From contig CBDCJH010000002.1 of assembly GCA_965217775.1 (NCBI GenBank), positions 3,968,001-4,032,000 of the forward strand: a stretch of 64,000 nucleotides of DNA, written 5' to 3'. The notes under the pieces are model-generated. The model was not told the DNA's origin. It ran no database searches and saw only the letters and a program-made list of their open reading frames with translations. The DNA is from Acidobacteriota bacterium. GTDB taxonomy: Bacteria > Acidobacteriota > UBA6911 > RPQK01 > JAJDTT01. Both the position numbers and the translations under genes were made by a program. Of the stretch, positions 8,890 through 19,400 are shown one piece after another; position 1 is the first letter of the stretch, and every line of letters begins with the position of its first letter.

Positions 8890-10053
8890 ATGAAACGACG
8901 CTTCCGTGCCCCATTGCTCACCCGCCGCGGCATGGTGAATTCCACTCTCCTGGGCCTGGCCGGTATCGGCGCGGCGAAGGCATCGCCGTTGGGGCCGCCG
9001 GCCCCGGTATCAGCCGGCGCCGAGGGTACGGACCACCTCGTCAACATGGACCAGGTCGAGCGTTTCGTCGCCGTCGACAACAAGTGTGCGTGGCCCAACC
9101 TGACCCTGATGCCCGACGATTCCATCGTCGCCACCATCTTCGGGAGTCCCTGCCACGGCTTCTGCGACGGAGCCGCCGAGTGCTGGAGAAGCGAGGACGG
9201 CGGCCGCATGTGGAACTTCGTGAGCATTCCGGCCCCGAACGAACCGGGGACCAACCGGAAGGACCTGGCGGCCGGCCTCACGCCGAAGGGCTCCTTCGTC
9301 GTCCTCTGCAGCGGCTCCAAGGTGGCTCCTCCCGATCCGGTCACCCGCATGAGACCCATACTGCAATCGGTGGTCTGCCGTTCCACCGACGGCCTCAAGA
9401 CCTGGACCTGCCGGAGCAGCCTGGAACTGCCCCCCGGCGCGGACCACGTCATCCCCTTCGGCGACATCGCTGCCCTGCCCGGGGGACGGCTCGCCGTGAC
9501 CGGCTACACCGGCGACCACATCACCAAGAACACGGCCTGGGTCTTCTTCAGCGATGACGATGGACGCACCTGGGGCAACCCCCGCCCCCTGGGGGTGGAC
9601 GACTTCAACGAGTCGACTCTGCTCGTCACCGGAGGGAACCGGCTCCTGGCCGCCACCCGGACCCACCGGAACAGTCATACCCACATCTCGGTCTCGGAAG
9701 ACGCCGGACAGACCTGGAGGCATCTGGGACCCGCATCCCTTCCGGGACAGATGCCGGCCAACCTCATCCGGCTGCAGGACGGGGGGATCCTCCTCACCTA
9801 TGGGTCCCGGCTGCGGGGAATGTTGGGTGTCTTCGCGCGCATCAGCCGCGACGAGGGCCTGACCTGGGGCGCGCCGAGGGTGCTCTTCAACACCACGGCG
9901 CGCCGGGCGAACACGCGGCCCGGCGGCACCGACGGCGGCTACCCCTCCAGCGTGCAGTTGAAAGACGGCACCATCGTCACCGCCTACTATTGCCAGCGGA
10001 TCCCCATGCACCAGCGCTACCACATGGGCGTGGTCCGGTGGCGGGTCTCGTGA
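8890..10053 (+). CDS. BNR/Asp-box sialidase-like protein, Tat-like leader
   Basis: Asp boxes SEDGGRMW, SDDDGRTW, SEDAGQTW, SRDEGLTW; FNE and GGYPSS motifs; TRRG leader. Confidence 0.8.
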   Translation: MKRRFRAPLLTRRGMVNSTLLGLAGIGAAKASPLGPPAPVSAGAEGTDHLVNMDQVERFVAVDNKCAWPNLTLMPDDSIVATIFGSPCHGFCDGAAECWRSEDGGRMWNFVSIPAPNEPGTNRKDLAAGLTPKGSFVVLCSGSKVAPPDPVTRMRPILQSVVCRSTDGLKTWTCRSSLELPPGADHVIPFGDIAALPGGRLAVTGYTGDHITKNTAWVFFSDDDGRTWGNPRPLGVDDFNESTLLVTGGNRLLAATRTHRNSHTHISVSEDAGQTWRHLGPASLPGQMPANLIRLQDGGILLTYGSRLRGMLGVFARISRDEGLTWGAPRVLFNTTARRANTRPGGTDGGYPSSVQLKDGTIVTAYYCQRIPMHQRYHMGVVRWRVS

Positions 10054-10086
10054 GCGTGCGTTGAAGAAGTCGGGGTCGGTGCCGGC

Positions 10087-11232
10087 TTATGCCGATGCTG
10101 ACCGTGCAGACGGTTCGCCGAATCGGTGGAGGGCCATCTTCTCCTGGGTCATTCGGACCGCATAGGCTTCCGCCGTAGCGTTGAGCTTGGCCATGGCCGA
10201 GGCAGGCAGGGTCAACTCGGTCCCCTTGAGATTCTCTTCGACGTGCTCCGGTTTCTCCGCGCCGGAGAGGACGCTGGCGACCTCGGAATGGGCGGCGACC
10301 CAGCCGACGCAGACCTGAGGCCGGGTTACGCCCAGCTCCCCGGCTACCTCGTCCAGGACTGTCACCACGTCCATGAGAGCGGACCCTTCAGGAACCTCTC
10401 TTCCCGGCACCAGGCTGCCCCCTCCCAAGGGACTGAAGGCCATGAGTCCCAGGTTTCCCCGCCGAATCAGTGGGAACAGCCCATCGACCATGAGGCTTCT
10501 GCGATCCCCCGCCACGACGGTGAAGTAGTCCTGCAACCCCACCATAGGCGATCTGCCGGATTGATTCCCCACTTCCATCAGTTCCTCGACCTGCCTCGGC
10601 AGATGGTTGGAGACCCCCCAGTACCGGATCTTTCCCGACTCGACCAGGGCGGTCATGGCCGCTGCGATCTCCTCCATGTGAGCCCGCGTCGGAGCCTCCC
10701 GGTCCGGCTCCTCTTCATGAAAGGAGGGAGTCTTCTTGTCGGGACCGTGAAGGAAATAGAGGTCGATGTAGTCCGTTCCCAGGCGCTTGAGACTGGCCTC
10801 CACCCTGGTTCTGAGGATCGGCTCGGTGAAGGCGATCTTCTCTCCCTCGACCCGGGGATAGGCCTTGGTGGAGATGACGACCTCGTGCCGGCGGCCCGCA
10901 ATCCCGTGGCCCAGAGCGATCTCCGACTGGCCCGACCCATAGGCCTCGGCCGTGTCGAAGAAGTTGATCCCCACGTCGATGCAGTGGCGCAAAAGATCGT
11001 GTGCCTCTTTGCTGTCCCCCTCGCGGGACAGATGGGTCCGGAAGGCGGTCCCCTGACACAGCCGGGAGACCCACAGATCGGTGTGGCCGAATCTCACCAA
11101 GTGGGAAGGGTGCTCGGTTGTCTCGCCCGGCGGCGGCGTGGTGCAGCCGGCTTTGGAAAGGCCCAGGACTGCCGATCCTGCGGCGGCCCCGAGAGTCGTG
11201 AGGAAGTGTCTTCGATCCGTGTCAGCGACCAT
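10087..11232 (-). CDS. Aldo/keto reductase with Tat/lipoprotein-like leader
   Basis: GINFFDTAEAYG, ISTK, SLKRLGTDYIDLYFLH, GKIRYWGVSN; leader DRRHFL...AGC. Confidence 0.88.
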   Translation of the reverse strand: MVADTDRRHFLTTLGAAAGSAVLGLSKAGCTTPPPGETTEHPSHLVRFGHTDLWVSRLCQGTAFRTHLSREGDSKEAHDLLRHCIDVGINFFDTAEAYGSGQSEIALGHGIAGRRHEVVISTKAYPRVEGEKIAFTEPILRTRVEASLKRLGTDYIDLYFLHGPDKKTPSFHEEEPDREAPTRAHMEEIAAAMTALVESGKIRYWGVSNHLPRQVEELMEVGNQSGRSPMVGLQDYFTVVAGDRRSLMVDGLFPLIRRGNLGLMAFSPLGGGSLVPGREVPEGSALMDVVTVLDEVAGELGVTRPQVCVGWVAAHSEVASVLSGAEKPEHVEENLKGTELTLPASAMAKLNATAEAYAVRMTQEKMALHRFGEPSARSASA

Positions 11233-11276
11233 TGCCAGCTCCGTGGAAAAACCGCGGCAGCGGCCGCCGCGGACGC

Positions 11277-12719
11277 TCAAGCGATGATGTCGTGGACCAC
11301 CTTGCCATGCACGTCGGTCAGGCGGAAGTCCCGGCCCGAATACCGGTAGGTGAGCCGCTCATGGTCGATCCCCATGAGGTGGAGGATGGTGGCATGGAGG
11401 TCGTGGACGTGTACCCGGTTCTCCACCGCCGTGAGGCCGAACTGGTCGGTGGCGCCGTAGCTGAAGCCTCCCTTGACGCCGCCGCCGGCCATCCAGACGG
11501 TGAAACCATAGTGGTCGTGGTCCCGGCCCTTCTGGCCCTCCGAGGTTGGCGCCCGGCCGAACTCGCCGCCCCAGATCACCAGGGTCTCGTCCAGCATGCC
11601 CCGCTGCTTCAAGTCCTTGATCAGGGCCGCGATTCCCCGGTCGCAGGCATCGGCCAGCTTCTTGTGGCCGCCGACGATATCACTATGGCCCGTGTCCCAG
11701 GCGATGTCGTAGTGATCGATGGAGTGGGACACCTGAACCATCCGTACTCCGCGCTCCACCAAGCGCCGGGCCAGCAGGCACCCCTTGGCGTACTCGCTGT
11801 CGCCGTAGAGTTCCCGCGTGGCCTTGCTCTCCTGCGAGAGGTCGAAGGCTTCGGGCGCCGCGAATTGCATGCGGAAGGCCATCTCCATGGCCTGAATGCT
11901 GCTTTCCAGGTGATGATCCTGTTGCTGCCGCTCCAGGTCGAGGCGGTTGAGGCGGGTCAGGAGATCGACCTGCCGCCGCTGTTCGGTCCGGGGCAGCCAG
12001 TTGTTCTTGAGATCGCTCAAGATGCGGTCCGGCTTCATCTCGTGCAGGTTCACGTAGGTTCCGGCGTAGGCTCCGGGGAGGAAGGAGTTCCCCCAGTTCG
12101 CCAGCTTGCCGCGCGGCTGGCCCCGAGGGCTCATGGCCACGAATCCCGGTAGATCCTGGTTGTCGGAACCCAGTCCGTAGACCAGCCAGGAACCCATGCT
12201 GGGCCGGCTCGGCTGCAGGTGCCCCAGGTTCATCATCAGGATGGCCCCGGCGTGCTCCGGGATGTCCGTGTGCATGGAATGGACGAAGCTGATGTCGTCG
12301 ACGCACTCACCCACATGGGGAAAGATGTCGCTGACCCATTTGCCGCACTCGCCGTACTGCTTGAATCCGAAAGGCGAGGGGAAGAGCCCGTTCTTGGTAT
12401 TGCGAAGGGACTTCCGGTCGACGATGGCGGGGCGCTGACCCTGGTATTTCCCGATCTCGGGCTTGTAGTCGAAGGTGTCGACCTGGGACGGTCCGCCGGG
12501 CATGAAGAGCTGGATCACATGCTTGGCCCGGGGAGCGAAGTGGGGCGCCTTGGGGGCCAGAGGGGAACCCGTTGCCGAATCGGGTGCCGCCGAGACCCGG
12601 GTCCCCAGCCCGCGTTCGCCGGCCAGGACACCGGCGAGTCCCAGGACGCCGAATCCCGCGCCCAGCCGGTGCAGCATGTCGCGTCGATCGAACGGCGGTG
12701 GTTGCGGCGGATGGAACAT
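11277..12719 (-). CDS. DUF1501 family (sulfatase-like) protein
   Basis: DRRDML leader, AKHVIQLFMPGGPSQVDTFDYKP, GGEFGR, GRDH, FRLTDVHG. Confidence 0.9.
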   Translation of the reverse strand: MFHPPQPPPFDRRDMLHRLGAGFGVLGLAGVLAGERGLGTRVSAAPDSATGSPLAPKAPHFAPRAKHVIQLFMPGGPSQVDTFDYKPEIGKYQGQRPAIVDRKSLRNTKNGLFPSPFGFKQYGECGKWVSDIFPHVGECVDDISFVHSMHTDIPEHAGAILMMNLGHLQPSRPSMGSWLVYGLGSDNQDLPGFVAMSPRGQPRGKLANWGNSFLPGAYAGTYVNLHEMKPDRILSDLKNNWLPRTEQRRQVDLLTRLNRLDLERQQQDHHLESSIQAMEMAFRMQFAAPEAFDLSQESKATRELYGDSEYAKGCLLARRLVERGVRMVQVSHSIDHYDIAWDTGHSDIVGGHKKLADACDRGIAALIKDLKQRGMLDETLVIWGGEFGRAPTSEGQKGRDHDHYGFTVWMAGGGVKGGFSYGATDQFGLTAVENRVHVHDLHATILHLMGIDHERLTYRYSGRDFRLTDVHGKVVHDIIA

Positions 12720-12790
12720 GGTTCGAAACTCCTGAATGCTTGGCGCCTATTGTTGCACGATCCTGACCTCGCTGGAAGAGAACGGACAGT

Positions 12791-15151
12791 TTACCGCACG
12801 TACATGAATTCGTTGGAGCTCATGAGCACCTGGCCGTACCGCTCCCAGGGGGTCAGCTCCATACCGGACGGTGACTCGGCCCGCAAGAACCGGAGGGCCA
12901 AGCCGGTTTCCTCGTCGCTCGGGGACCGGCCGAACAGGAGACGGTAGGCGCGCCCGATTCTCTCCGAGTCATCGGCGAAGTCGTTTTCGAGCCTCTTGGA
13001 GAGCGCCTTGGCCCGATCCACCATGAAGGGGCTGTTCATCAGAAAGAGAAACTGTTGGGGAACGATGCTGGTGCCCCGCTCGGGGACGGTGGCCCGCATG
13101 ATGGGAAAATCGAACAGCCGCAGGAACTGGTCGGAGCCGGACTGGTCGCCATTGCGGCTGACCTTGGCGTAGAGCGTACGCCGCCGGCTGCCGGTGATGT
13201 CGTCCACCGGCGGCCCTCCCATCTCCAGATCCAATTCCCGAGTCACGGCCAGCAAGGAGTCCCGCCAAGACTCCACGTCCATTCTCCGGGGGTTCATGCG
13301 CCAGAGCAGCTCGTTGTCGCTGTCGAGGGCAAAGGCCCGAACATCGAACCGGCTGCTCATCTGATAGGTGGCCGAGGTCATGATCAGACGGTGCAGCGAC
13401 TTGAGCGACCAACCCGACTCCATGAAGCTGGCAGCCAGCCAGTTCAGCATCTGCTCATGGGTCGGTGCCCGACCCAGCGTTCCGAAGTTGCCGGGCGACC
13501 GGACCAGCGCCTTGCCGAAATGATGCATCCATACCCGGTTGACCATGACCCGCGCCGTCAGGGGATTGGCCGAGCTGGCTACGGCCTCGGCCAACTCGAT
13601 GCGCCCGCTCCCCTGGGTGAACCGGGGCGTATCCACACGGGAAAGGACCCTCAGGAATCGCCGCGGCGCCATATCTCCCGGTGTTCGCAGGTTTCCGCGA
13701 GTGGCCACAGGCATGTCCTGGTTCCCGGTCTCCGCCAGAACATGGGCAAAATCGTATTTGGGAGGCGTGCCTTCCTTGAGTTTTTCGACCTCCGCCTTCC
13801 ACTGCTTGACCAGTTTCTCCTCTTCGGCCGACAGCTCCCGCTTCTCCTCCCGGGCCCGAGCCCGGAGGTCCGCCCCTCTCCGCTGGGCCGCCTTGATCTT
13901 CTCCTGGTAGTCGTCATAGGCCTCGACCACGCCCTCCGGAACCAGGGGCAGCTCACCGCTCATGGTGTTGTCGAAGATCCCGGCCAGGGAGTAGTAATCC
14001 TGCTGGGGGATGGGATCGAACTTGTGGTCATGACAACGGGCGCAGGAAACCGTGACGGCCATGAAGCCGCGAGTCAGAGTGTCGATCCGGTCGTCCAAGG
14101 TCTCGCCCCTGGCCTGGGCCACACTGTCGGGATCGCCGCCATCGGACGAATAATAGGGTCCCAGGGCGAAGAATCCGGTGGCCACGGCGTCTCCGATGCC
14201 ACCCACCAGATCACCGCTGATCTGGAGCTTGATGAAGCGGTCGTAGGGCAGGTCGTCGTTGAAGGCGGAAACGACCCAATCCCGGTAGCGCCAAGCTTGG
14301 GTCAATTCCTGGTTCCGCCGATCCAGAAACCCGCCGAACCCGTCACTGTACCGGGCCACGTCCAGCCAATGACGAGCCCAACGTTCCCCGTAGCGGACGG
14401 AGCCGAGTAGTTCAGTGGTCTTCTGCTCGACGGCTCCTTGCGGATCCCGCCGGGCCGCTTCCACGAATTCGGCCACCGCGTCGGGAGTCGGCGGCAGCCC
14501 GGTCAGATCCAGATGCATCCTCCGGACCAGGGTCGCCGGATCCGCCCCCGGAGCCGGCTCCAACCCGGCCGACTCCAGTTTCGCCAGGACGAACAAGTCG
14601 ATGGGATTCCGAACCCAGGACTCATCCGATACCTTCGGAGGCACCGGCTTTCGGACCGGTTCCCAAGCCCAGTGATCGGCGCGAATCTTCGCCCAATCCG
14701 GTTCTCCTTCGGGAGCCGGCCGAGAGACGGCCTGCTGCTTCTCGGGCCACGGCGCCCCCAGCCGGATCCATTCCACCAAGTCGGCGACTTCCCGCTCCTT
14801 GAGCTTGCCCCCAGGCGGCATCTGAATCGGGTCCCCCCGCACCGCCCGGATCAGCAGACTCTCGTCGGGCCGGTGGGGCACGATGGCGGGTCCCCGATTG
14901 CCACCCTGCAACAACCCCGCCCGCTGATCGAGCCTCAGATTTCCTTGGGGGGTTTCGATGGCCGCTCCATGGCAGGCGAAGCAGTGTTTCGCCAGCAGGG
15001 GTCGCACCCGGCGCTCGAAGAACTCAAGATGAGACGCTTCATCCGTCTGGGCCGCCAAGAGGACCTCCCCCCCGAACCAGCAGGTGCCCAGGACGGAGCA
15101 AGCCGACAGGAACCGCCGAATCCAGGAATGCCTCTGCCCCAGCAAGGTCAT
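12791..15151 (-). CDS. Planctomycete cytochrome c / DUF1549-DUF1553 (PSD1) protein
   Basis: CFACH and CARCHDHKFDPI heme-like motifs, YGERWARHWLDVARY, NPLTARVMVNRVW, SNEFMYV. Confidence 0.92.
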   Translation of the reverse strand: MTLLGQRHSWIRRFLSACSVLGTCWFGGEVLLAAQTDEASHLEFFERRVRPLLAKHCFACHGAAIETPQGNLRLDQRAGLLQGGNRGPAIVPHRPDESLLIRAVRGDPIQMPPGGKLKEREVADLVEWIRLGAPWPEKQQAVSRPAPEGEPDWAKIRADHWAWEPVRKPVPPKVSDESWVRNPIDLFVLAKLESAGLEPAPGADPATLVRRMHLDLTGLPPTPDAVAEFVEAARRDPQGAVEQKTTELLGSVRYGERWARHWLDVARYSDGFGGFLDRRNQELTQAWRYRDWVVSAFNDDLPYDRFIKLQISGDLVGGIGDAVATGFFALGPYYSSDGGDPDSVAQARGETLDDRIDTLTRGFMAVTVSCARCHDHKFDPIPQQDYYSLAGIFDNTMSGELPLVPEGVVEAYDDYQEKIKAAQRRGADLRARAREEKRELSAEEEKLVKQWKAEVEKLKEGTPPKYDFAHVLAETGNQDMPVATRGNLRTPGDMAPRRFLRVLSRVDTPRFTQGSGRIELAEAVASSANPLTARVMVNRVWMHHFGKALVRSPGNFGTLGRAPTHEQMLNWLAASFMESGWSLKSLHRLIMTSATYQMSSRFDVRAFALDSDNELLWRMNPRRMDVESWRDSLLAVTRELDLEMGGPPVDDITGSRRRTLYAKVSRNGDQSGSDQFLRLFDFPIMRATVPERGTSIVPQQFLFLMNSPFMVDRAKALSKRLENDFADDSERIGRAYRLLFGRSPSDEETGLALRFLRAESPSGMELTPWERYGQVLMSSNEFMYVR

Positions 15152-15182
15152 GCCTCCATTCGTTGTCTTCTACCTGGCTTCG

Positions 15183-18100
15183 CTAGAATTCGTAGCGCAA
15201 GCCGAACTGCATCACCCGCGGCGGAATCATCACCTGAGAGTAGTTGCCGAAGCTCCCGGGAAAAACGAAGGAGAGCGTTTCCCATACGTCGGGGTTGAAC
15301 CGAACGCTGTTGGTCAGATTGAAGACCTCGGCCCGGAACTGAATGCTGTGACTCTCGAATGGCAACGGAAAGCGCTTTCCGAGGGCCATGTCGATGGAGA
15401 AGATCCCATCGCCGCGCAGGTTGTTGCGCTGCCCGACTTCGCCGGGCAGGACCTGCCTGAAAGAAGCAAGGGCCGCTGCCGGATCGCTGAATACATTCGG
15501 TCCGCTGCCCCCTCCGATCAGCCTCGCGTTCTTCGTGTTCGTCTGCTCCGGAACGGCGCCGACCGGTTCGGCGAAGTGTTGGTAGCAGTAGCACGTGGGC
15601 CAAGCCAGACCGTTCAGCACGCTGAGGGGCAGGCCCGACGTCACGCGCATCAGGCCGCTGACCTGCCAGCCGCCGAGCAGAGCCTCGCCCGCGGTCCCCA
15701 GGTTGGGCAGGACAGCCTTCCCTCGGCCGACGGGCAACTCGGCCACCCAGTTGGCGTTCCATTGGTGGCGCATATCGAAATCGGAAACGGATCGCTGCGC
15801 CTCCCGGTCCCAGGAGTTGATCACGCTGAACGCGGACCAGTAGGTGTCTCCCGGAATCTGGCCGAACCTTTCACCGACGCCGCGGCGCGCGCTGACGGAG
15901 ACCAGGTCCGTGGATTTGGACAAGGTATAGTTCAAGTGGAACTGGAACCCCTTGGAGAAGGCTTTGCGCAACGACACCTGCATCGAATGATAGGTCGAGG
16001 TTCCGAAAGACCGGAGTGCATCGAAGGCCCAGAACTGGGGATTCATGAATGCACCCGGCCCCAGATCGCTACAGAACGGGGCGCAGGCATAGTCGATATA
16101 GTAGATCGACGTGCCGGTATCGGGACTGCCGGACCGGATGACGTCGTAGACGCGCTGAGTCGCGGTTGCGTCCGGAGTCGCGGCTCCGGAATAGACGTTT
16201 TCCCAGAACGCGATGGGCTGCACGGACCCGGTCGGCGTCCCGCGCCGTACCATGAGTTCGAGGTCATGGAGCGCGTCCAGAAGATATCCGCCGGACACCG
16301 GATCCTTGAAGTTGGCGTACTGGGCTGAGGCGGTGTCGTTGACGAGCAGCCTGCGACCCAGTCGGCCAACATAGCCGACCTCGAGCAGAAATCCTCCGTC
16401 AAACTCGCGGGCCAGGGAAAAGGTGGGATTGATGCTGTACGGCGGCACCACGCTGGAATCGACACCCTGGCTCCATCCCAGTCCCATGGGGTTCGGGGTG
16501 CCAGGTCCGCCTGGCGGAGGAGGCAGGATCCCCGCCGCTGGGAGATTCGAAAGTCCGGCGAAGCGAGGCGACGCCGCCACAGTGGAGATCTGGTTGGTCA
16601 CCTTGCTGGTGAGGCCGAACGCATTCCGGTCGAGCATCTGCATCATGCCCATCCCGAAGCTGCTGTAGAAGATACCCGCCCCGGCCCGGATCGACGTCCT
16701 CCCCAGGCCGCCGAACAGCTTGCCCAAGAAACCATCCCCGAAATCCGGCGAGTAGGCCACGGCAAGCCGAGGCGAGAAATTCTTGTAGTGGGTGGCCCAC
16801 AGCGGACCGCCTTGCGGGTCGTCCACTCCCACGAAGCCGATCGGCCCGGCATCGCGCGTGGGCCGGCCGTTCGCCGCCAGGTCCAGACGGTGGGCGATGT
16901 ACTGGTCGAGACCCGGCGTGATGCTGACCTGCAGTCCATTCACTTCCCTGACCGGCGGCATGATCGACCAGCGCAGGCCGGCCGTGACCGTCAGGCCCGG
17001 CTGGACGCGCCAAGTGTCCTGGAGGTAGAGCTCGAATTGTTCCGCCCCGAAAGTTCGGCTGACAGGATCTCCCAGCGACAAAGGATTGCCGGCCAGGTCG
17101 TAATTGTAATTCGCATCGAAGAAGTTGAGGACCCCGAGGGCAGTCGCCATCGTCTCCCGGTAAACTCCCGGGTTGGCCGGCGCCACGGCGAGTGGCCCGT
17201 CGAATACCGTGGGGGCGTCGAACAATGCCCACGCGGCCTGCTTCGCAAAATGAAAGCTGTTGCCGTAGCTCAAACGTTGGTTCCGTGTTGAGAAGAATGC
17301 TCCGCCGAACTGCAGGGTGTGCGATCCACTTATAACGGAGAAGTCTCCCGCCACAGTCTGCGTCGGCAAATAGGTGTCCCTGGGCGTCGTCGAACCCTCC
17401 ATATCGTCGATGATGCTATCTCCGAGACTTGCCCTGGATTCCGTCTGAACGCCCGAAATGATCAACTTCTGGCCAGTGAATCCATAGCGGAACGTGCCCA
17501 GGACGTTGGTCCCGAAGGTGCCGTCGTATCCGAGCGCCAACCCACGGCTGGTGTCCGCGGTCTCCCGGTTCGGGGCCTGGCCGGGAAACTGGGGCACGCT
17601 CGAGATGCTGTCGTTCTGGTAGTTGGTGCGCAGGAACATGCGGTGCCCACCGTTCTGATCCAAGTTCCAATCCAGCTTCGAGATGAACGTGTTCCAGACC
17701 AGGGGAGTCGAGGCCGCGAACCGGAATCCAGCCGTGTTCAGACCGTCTCCGACGGTGGAGTCGTTGGGTTCCGGAAAGGAGCTGAAGTACTGGAGGGTGG
17801 CAGCATTGGGACCGGTCCCCAGTGGATCGATCCGGCTACTGATGAATTCCGGGCTGAGCGTCTGTATTTCGCCGCTGGCACCCCTGTAGCGGACGAATCC
17901 ATCGCGCATCGAAGCCGTCGGAACTCGGCGCACCGCGCTGCCCTCGCTGGCGTCCCGGCGGCCTTCGTAGTTGACGAAATAGAAGACACGATCCTTCTTG
18001 AAGGGACCGCCGACCGAGGCTCCGAAGACATTGCGGATGAGCTTCGGACGATCCACACCGGCCCTGTTGTTGAAGAAATCATTCGCCGCCGTGACCGTGT

Positions 18101-18914
18101 TCCGGTGGTATTCGTAGAGCGATCCATGGATGTCGTTGGACCCGCTCTTCGTCACCAGCGACACCTGCGCGCCCGACGAACGGCCCTGGTCGGCATTGGC
18201 CGTGGTCGTCACCACCCGGAATTCCTGGATCGAATCCAGCGTGTTGCGAAGGACGCTGGTAAATGGCAGGCGTCCGTTCTGGTCGTTCACGTCAACCCCG
18301 TCCAGCGTCACGTTCGACTGGTCACTCTGGGCTCCGTTGACGGTCCCGTTCCGGATGTCTCCCGACAATTGGGCGTCCAACGGGTCCGCAGTCAGGAACG
18401 TGACCCCCGCCTGCAGCGAGAGCAGGCCGGCCGGGTTTCGCGCATTCAACGGCAACTGGCCGATCGGCTTGGTTCCGAACGCGTTTCCGACCGATGCATC
18501 GGTAGTGTTCAGCTGTCTGGCCGCGGCGGACACCGTGACGGACTCCGTGAGCGCCTCGACGTCGAATTTCACGGGAAGGTCGATCTTGGTGTTGACGAGC
18601 AAAGTAATGCCCTCAATGGTCACCAATTCGAAGCCCGGCTGAGCGGCCGCCAGCGTGTAGGAGCCGGGTGGGAGCTGGGGAAAGACGTACAGTCCCTCAT
18701 CGTTGGAGAGTACGGTTCGCTGGAGGCCGTTGGCCTCGTTCAGGATGGTAATCTCGACGCCGGGAAGCACGCCGCCGGTCTCGTCGGTTACGACCCCACT
18801 CAAACTGCTGGATTGAGCGTAGGAATATGGAGCGGCTATGAGGATCGCCACCAGGAAGGCTGGCAACAGAGAGTAGAAGGGTGATGGTTTCATCATGTGA
18901 ATCCTCCTCGTCAA
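15183..18914 (-). CDS. TonB-dependent receptor, Oar/carboxypeptidase-regulatory type (start may be a slightly later Met)
   Basis: GVVTDETGGVLPGV, LPLNARN, DSIQEFRV, TKSGSN..HGSLYEYHRN, C-terminal PRVMQFGLRYEF. Confidence 0.92.
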   Translation of the reverse strand: MTRRIHMMKPSPFYSLLPAFLVAILIAAPYSYAQSSSLSGVVTDETGGVLPGVEITILNEANGLQRTVLSNDEGLYVFPQLPPGSYTLAAAQPGFELVTIEGITLLVNTKIDLPVKFDVEALTESVTVSAAARQLNTTDASVGNAFGTKPIGQLPLNARNPAGLLSLQAGVTFLTADPLDAQLSGDIRNGTVNGAQSDQSNVTLDGVDVNDQNGRLPFTSVLRNTLDSIQEFRVVTTTANADQGRSSGAQVSLVTKSGSNDIHGSLYEYHRNTVTAANDFFNNRAGVDRPKLIRNVFGASVGGPFKKDRVFYFVNYEGRRDASEGSAVRRVPTASMRDGFVRYRGASGEIQTLSPEFISSRIDPLGTGPNAATLQYFSSFPEPNDSTVGDGLNTAGFRFAASTPLVWNTFISKLDWNLDQNGGHRMFLRTNYQNDSISSVPQFPGQAPNRETADTSRGLALGYDGTFGTNVLGTFRYGFTGQKLIISGVQTESRASLGDSIIDDMEGSTTPRDTYLPTQTVAGDFSVISGSHTLQFGGAFFSTRNQRLSYGNSFHFAKQAAWALFDAPTVFDGPLAVAPANPGVYRETMATALGVLNFFDANYNYDLAGNPLSLGDPVSRTFGAEQFELYLQDTWRVQPGLTVTAGLRWSIMPPVREVNGLQVSITPGLDQYIAHRLDLAANGRPTRDAGPIGFVGVDDPQGGPLWATHYKNFSPRLAVAYSPDFGDGFLGKLFGGLGRTSIRAGAGIFYSSFGMGMMQMLDRNAFGLTSKVTNQISTVAASPRFAGLSNLPAAGILPPPPGGPGTPNPMGLGWSQGVDSSVVPPYSINPTFSLAREFDGGFLLEVGYVGRLGRRLLVNDTASAQYANFKDPVSGGYLLDALHDLELMVRRGTPTGSVQPIAFWENVYSGAATPDATATQRVYDVIRSGSPDTGTSIYYIDYACAPFCSDLGPGAFMNPQFWAFDALRSFGTSTYHSMQVSLRKAFSKGFQFHLNYTLSKSTDLVSVSARRGVGERFGQIPGDTYWSAFSVINSWDREAQRSVSDFDMRHQWNANWVAELPVGRGKAVLPNLGTAGEALLGGWQVSGLMRVTSGLPLSVLNGLAWPTCYCYQHFAEPVGAVPEQTNTKNARLIGGGSGPNVFSDPAAALASFRQVLPGEVGQRNNLRGDGIFSIDMALGKRFPLPFESHSIQFRAEVFNLTNSVRFNPDVWETLSFVFPGSFGNYSQVMIPPRVMQFGLRYEF

Positions 18915-19400
18915 GCCCGACGCCAGGACACTCCCGGCATTGGGCTCGCTTTGACAGCCAGAGCGATGGGGGATCGGATAAAAAGATTCGAAAGAGAAAA
19001 CATTTCTAGAGAACTAAGGATACGCTCCTGCGCTTGAGCACATCGGATTCCAGCTTCGCGCTGATGCCGAAAATGGCAGTCCCAGGTTGGAACTGGGAGT
19101 GGCGCAGCTTCCGATTCTTTCCCTGCCGCGAGGGCCCGCCCCCGGCTGAGTGAAGGATTCTCCACCCTTGCTGACCTGTCGGCGCCTCCCCTGTTTCCAA
19201 TCGTGAACGTCGCAGCATGAAGTGTGACCTTATTTACACAAAGCATACCAGACCATGACCGATGATTCACATTGGGACGAACCTGGAGTCGCGGGTCGGT
19301 GCGACGGCGGTGAGAACTCATTCCGAATCTGAGGCTGGCAATATGGGACGCACTGTAAGATGATGAATTTCGCCCTCCATCGTGCCTCACGCGACTCCAA

